Shown here: positions 58,150 through 64,000 of the stretch, piece after piece | Layout: the number at the start of each line of letters is the position of its first letter | How positions within the stretch are numbered: position 1 is the first letter of the stretch | Assembly: GCA_951406725.2 (NCBI GenBank) | Contig: OX597830.1 | Coordinates: 23,498,001-23,562,000, forward strand | Direction of reading: 5' to 3' | Origin: Octopus vulgaris | Taxonomy: Eukaryota | DNA length: 64,000 bases | Notes under the pieces: generated by a model | Told to the model about the DNA's origin: nothing | Database searches by the model: none | What the model saw: the letters and a program-made list of their open reading frames with translations, nothing else | Program-made: the position numbers and the translations under genes

Positions 58150-58322
58150 CCCTCGTCTATCCATTTAAATGTCTGTTGTATTACATGAAGCAATTTCGCT
58201 ACTGCCCCTGCCACTTATCCTACCCTAAGTTTCAGTCATACTGTAGCATCTCCTATCCTTCACTCGCTCCAGGACTCGCTGGGTAGATCTTGGGAAGTGA
58301 CTGTGATAAGTCAGATTAAAAG
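58150..58322 (+). mobile_element. R4/Dong 3'UTR-only insertion
   Basis: Homologous to 58975-59135; flanked by TAA/TAG repeats. Confidence 0.75.
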
Positions 58323-58323
58323 T

Positions 58324-59135
<812 letters not shown>

Positions 59136-59363
59136 ATACTACTACTACTACGCTGCTCTCTCATTCAATGATAATAATATTCGGGTGAAGGCCTAAGTCG
59201 ATTACATCGACCTCTGTGATCACTTACTACTTATTTTTTATCGATCTCGAAAGGGTGAAAAGCAAAGTCGACTTAGGCGGAATTTGAACTCAGAACATGA
59301 AGACGGACGATATACCGAAAAGCATTTCGCTCGGAGTGCTAATGATTCTGCCAGCTCGCCGCC

Positions 59364-59490
<127 letters not shown>

Positions 59491-59556
59491 TAATAATAAC
59501 AACAACAACAACAACAAAAACCATAACAACAACAACAATAATAATGATAATTTTAT

Positions 59557-59775
59557 TGGGAGCTGCATGTTAAGTACTGATTACAAAATTGGTAAATCCC
59601 AGAAGGAGCAATGGAGAATGACAAGATAAAGAAACAACGAGCCGGATATGGTTGTTGCCGTGAATAAAGAGGGAAAAACCGGTCTGACACCAGATATTTC
59701 ATGCCTTGATGATTAGAAAGCATAAGGATGGGTTGTAGTGAAATAGATGTGTTAGGATGATTTGAAGTGGGATAA
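59557..59775 (+). mobile_element. R4/Dong RLE fragment (third subfamily)
   Basis: PEGAMENDKIK..PDMVV..DISC; homologous to 60830-61330 and 63265-63690. Confidence 0.7.
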
Positions 59776-59776
59776 T

Positions 59777-59840
<64 letters not shown>

Positions 59841-60374
59841 GCCCTGATGCAGCACCAGTTAGTGGCTCTCGTGGCTTCTGATCTTAACTTATCATGTACA
59901 TTGTTTTAAAAGATGGGCTACAGTAAATATTCTGCTCAATACCACAGATTTACTTGTCAGTTGTTTGACCTTAACCAGTTGGGCATGTCCCTTAGTGGCT
60001 GACGATAAGTGCATCTTTGATCATGAGCAGAAGTAGTGGGGGGAGCATCATAGCTGTGTGTCGAGAGGGATTCTTTTGGGGTTTGAATAATTCACCTCTG
60101 GAAACATGGGTGTTTCGTTCAACATCCTTAAACAATCCTTATTCAGGGACCTTTTGAGCAGGATGGGTTACTCGACCAGAAGAAAATTCTAACTAGGCCC
60201 CACCTGCAAAGCCATGTGCAGTTTATCTTGATATGAGATCACCATGTCGCGCACATATGGTTATGATGCATGTGCCTGGTGTACCCTTATCAGATGGGTA
60301 GTCATGATGGGTATACTGGGCTTCGTATATATTACCCCAGTGTAAATTTGCTAGCATGTACTGCTCTCTCACTC
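59841..60374 (+). mobile_element. ~555-bp non-coding TAA-associated element, copy 2
   Basis: (TAA)n|GCCCTGATGCAG...CTCTCTCACTC|aat; small internal deletions. Confidence 0.9.
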
Positions 60375-60376
60375 AA

Positions 60377-60459
<83 letters not shown>

Positions 60460-60460
<1 letters not shown>

Positions 60461-60548
60461 CGTGAACTTCCAACCTGTTGTCTCTTGAGGTCTCTGGGTG
60501 AGACTTGGAGCCAACTTGTACAGACATAAAGCAAAAGTCAAACATAGA
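60460..60548 (+). mobile_element. R4/Dong extreme 3' tail (~90 bp)
   Basis: Near-identical to 181-268; (TAA)n on both sides. Confidence 0.9.
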
Positions 60549-60628
60549 ATAATAATAATAATAATAACAACAACAACAGTAACAGTAATAATAATGATAG
60601 TAACAATAATAATAATAATGATAATAAT

Positions 60629-60678
<50 letters not shown>

Positions 60679-60829
60679 CAACAGTAACAGTAATAATAAT
60701 GATAGTAACAATAATAATAATAATAATAATGATAATAATTAGAATAATAATAATAATAATAATAATAACAACGACAACCACAACGAAAACAATAACAAAA
60801 GCAATAACAACAACAACAATAAATATGGA

Positions 60830-61330
60830 TCGAAGATGTGTTACGGGTAAATCTGAGAAGGAGCAATAGAGAATGACAAGAAACAATGAAGCAGTATGAT
60901 CGTGAAATTGAATATCGAAAGCCGGATATGGTTGTTGCTGTGGATAAAGAGGGAAAAGCCAGTTTGACATCAGATATTTCATGCCCCGATGATTACAAAG
61001 TATAGGAAAGAGATGTAGTGAAACAGATGTGTTATGATGATTTGAAGTGGGAGATAAAAAGACAGAGGCCATTCAGGGAGATGGGTGTTATACCTGTTGC
61101 TGTTGGAGCCCAGGATACGATAAGTACCAGGATCACAAACTGGTCTCAAAAGATAGAGGTAAATGTAAAGATGGAGCACCTTCAGTAGACAGTGTTGTAT
61201 GGAAAAAAAACACGGAGCATCCGTAGGGTTCTCGAAATCTGAACGGAAAAGTGTATTTCGTTGGTCCTCTGGTTTTGGACATCTGGCACTTTGTTACATT
61301 TCTCACCGAAGCTTCTGTAGTGTCGCCTTA
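60830..61330 (+). mobile_element. R4/Dong RLE fragment + 3'UTR (third subfamily)
   Basis: DREIEYRKPDMVV..YDDLKWEIK..VIPVAVGA..MEHLQ*TVLYG..SIRRVLEI*. Confidence 0.75.
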
Positions 61331-61394
61331 GCACCACCACCACCACCACCACCACCACCACCACTAACAACAACAACAACAACAATAATAATGA

Positions 61395-62288
61395 AAACAA
61401 GAAAGCATCATACTCAGTAACAAAACAGGCAAAGTAATATCTAAGTGAATTCCAAATACAACAAATTCCAGAATTAGACGTACTGGAAACAAGCACAGAA
61501 AAAGCTAAGCGTATGAAAACCCGTGCAAAAACTGCTGCCTTAGATATTCTGATTGATAAATGGCAAGAAGACCATCTCAATGGCAAATACCCAAAGAGAA
61601 GTAACAGTGCCGATATTAACAAAGCCCTTACCCATCAATGGCTAGTATCTTCTGGCTTAAAATAAGAAACAGAAAGGTTTATCATAGTAGCCCAAAATCA
61701 ATGTCTACCTGCAAGGAGCTCCCTGGTCAACATATTAAAGAACGGCAGTAGCCCAACATGTCGTGATGTCAACAACAAAATGAAACCATTATTCATGCTG
61801 TTTCCATGTACAGTCTTCTTGCGCCTACAGAGTATCTCAACAGGCATGATAGAGCAACACAATATATTCACTGGGTAATTTGCAAAAAGCTGGACCTGTC
61901 CAATTGTAAAAAAAAAACTGGTAGGAATACAAACCACCTCCAGTGCTTGAAAATGATCACATCTCACTCCTCTGGAACATCACCATTCAAACTGACAGAA
62001 AGATAGATGCGAATAGGCCAGACATTATATTGAAAGACTTCAGACAAAAATCATTCCACCTCATTGATATATGACTGTCCCAATTGACATAAATGCATCT
62101 GTGAAGACCTACCAAAAACTGAGCAAATATAAAGACCTTCAAATAGAAATTGGCAAAATGTGGAACCTCAAGACTAAAACAATACCTGTTGTCATAGGTG
62201 CCCTAGGAATGATAGCAAAAGGGATTGATTCCTACCTAGCTCAGATACCAGGAGACCCCAAAATGGCAGAAATTCAAAAGATAGTGCT
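61395..62288 (+). mobile_element. R4/Dong C-terminal fragment
   Basis: LNGKYPKR..THQWL.SSGLK*ETE..EYLNRHDR..TDRKIDANRPDII..KLSKYKDLQIEIGKMW..IQKIVL. Confidence 0.9.
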
Positions 62289-62416
62289 CGGCGGAATTTG
62301 AACTCAGAGTATAAAGACGGACGATATAGCAGTCAAGCATTTCGCACGGCATGCTCGCCGCTTTAATAAGAACAACAGCAACGACAATAACAAAAATAAT
62401 AATGATGATGATGATG

Positions 62417-62453
<37 letters not shown>

Positions 62454-62473
62454 TGATGATGATGATAATAATG

Positions 62474-62534
<61 letters not shown>

Positions 62535-62550
62535 TAATAATAATAATAAT

Positions 62551-63104
62551 GCCCTGATGCAGTACCAGGCAGTGGCTCTCATGGCTTCTGATCTTAACTG
62601 ATTGGAAGTGTTATCATGTACATTGTTTTGTCTTGGTATAAAAGATGGGTTACAGCAAATATTCTGCTCAATACCACAGATTTGCTTGTCAGTTGTTTGA
62701 CCTTAGCCAGTTGAGCATGTCCCTTAGTGGCTGACGATATGTGCATCTCTGATCACGAGCAGAAGTAGTGGGGGAGCATCATAGCCATGTGTTGAGAGGG
62801 ATTCTTTGGGGTTTGAATAGTTCACCTCTGGAAACATGGGTGGTTCTTTCAACATCCTTAAACAACCCTTATTCAGGGACCATTTGAGCGGGATGGGTTA
62901 CTCAACCTGAAGAAAATTCTAACTGGGCCCCACCTGCAAGGTCATGTGCTGTTTATCTTGATATGAGATCACCATGTCGCGCACATATGGTTGTGATGCA
63001 TGTGCCTGGTGTAACTTTATCAGACGGGTAGTCATGATGGGTATATTGGGCTTCGTATATTTTACCCCAGTGTCACTTTGATGGCATGAACTGCTCTCTC
63101 ACTC
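62551..63104 (+). mobile_element. ~555-bp non-coding TAA-associated element, copy 3 (apparently full length)
   Basis: Precisely embedded in (TAA)n on both sides; same 5' and 3' ends as copy 2. Confidence 0.92.
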
Positions 63105-63209
<105 letters not shown>

Positions 63210-63264
63210 AAGAATGTCAATAACACCACCAACAACAACAATAACAATGTTAATGATAATTCCA

Positions 63265-63690
63265 GTGGGAGGTGCATGGTAAGTACTCCTCTGATTTACG
63301 GGTAAATCTGAGACGGAGTAATGGAGAATGACAAGATAAAGAAACAACGACGCAATATAATCGTGAAACTGAATATTGAAAGCCGGATATGGTTGTTGCT
63401 GTGAATAAAGCCGGTTTGACATCAGATATTTCATGCCCCGATTAATGATAATAGACAAGGAAAAGCGAAGTTGCCTACTTAATTGATACAGCATGTCCGT
63501 TTACTTCCAGGTTTGTAAAGAAAGAGGGCAAAGAAAAAACAAAAACAAACAAACAATACCTTAAAATTTGAAATTGCTGAAATTTGGAATATGAAAATCA
63601 TAAAGGTTGTGCGTATAATAATTGGTGCATTGGAAACCATAAGCGAAGATAGAAAAGGTTGAAGGAAATTGGAATAGAATGCTCTGTAGA
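63265..63690 (+). mobile_element. R4/Dong RLE fragment (third subfamily)
   Basis: GVMENDKIK..KPDMVV; LKFEIAEIWNMK..IIGALETI. Confidence 0.7.
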
Positions 63691-63694
63691 GTGT

Positions 63695-63832
63695 TTCACT
63701 GGTGCTTAATCTGTCGACGCTGAAAGGATGGAAGGCAAAGTCGACTGGAATTTGAACTCAGGACATTAGGATGGAGGAATGCCACTTAACCATTTCGCCC
63801 GGCGTACTAACAGGTCAGCCAGCCCGCCGCCT
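63695..63832 (-). mobile_element. SINE family B
   Basis: Reverse-complement family B head; other copies at 59170-59364 and 62288-62362. Confidence 0.75.
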
Positions 63833-63843
63833 TAAAAGTAGCT

Positions 63844-63881
63844 GTCAGGATGGCCGAGCGGTCTAAGGCGCTAGACTCATG
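63844..63881 (+). pseudogene. tRNA-Leu(CAA)-like 5' half, truncated
   Basis: GTCAGGATGGCCGAGCGGTCTAAGGCGCTAGACTCATG matches the metazoan tRNA-Leu(CAA) 5' exon (..GGCGCCAGACTCAAG) with 2 changes; no T-arm or 3' acceptor strand in the window. Confidence 0.75.
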
Positions 63882-63949
63882 GAACAATACCTTAATAATG
63901 ATGATGACGATCATGATGATGATAATATGAATAATATTAATGTTGATGA

Positions 63950-63990
<41 letters not shown>

Positions 63991-64000
63991 ATGATGATGG

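Noticed and set aside
62551-62900. HDV-like ribozyme at the 5' end of the 555-bp element
   Set aside because: Could not assemble P1/P1.1/P2/P3 by eye; needs a descriptor search.

Overview
Eukaryotic, AT-rich, extremely microsatellite-dense genomic DNA. The SINE families, (TA)n/(TATG)n/(TAA)n density and TE mix suggest a cephalopod (Octopus-like) intron or intergenic region; this is inferred, not searched. No intact protein-coding gene is supportable, and nearly all long ORFs in the track are microsatellite translations. Identifiable content: (1) nested R4/Dong-clade non-LTR retrotransposon fragments in (TAA)n tracts at both ends and at 26.5-27.2 kb; (2) a ~555-bp non-coding element, 3 copies, also in (TAA)n; (3) Penelope-like/retrozyme-like repeats with minimal type I hammerhead ribozyme folds, several with a U3:A8 core; (4) Helitrons (a Pif1-helicase relic and several non-autonomous copies, one enclosing a 34-bp satellite resembling a SINE segment); (5) relics of Tc1, mariner, DD37D/maT, hAT-Charlie, Chapaev3-like, piggyBac-like, CR1 and CRE elements; (6) at least four tRNA-derived SINE families; (7) a truncated tRNA-Leu 5' half. 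The best leads are a covarying 3' stem-loop shared by the Dong subfamilies and the 555-bp element, and the covarying hammerhead set. Coordinates of degenerate elements are approximate (read by eye).
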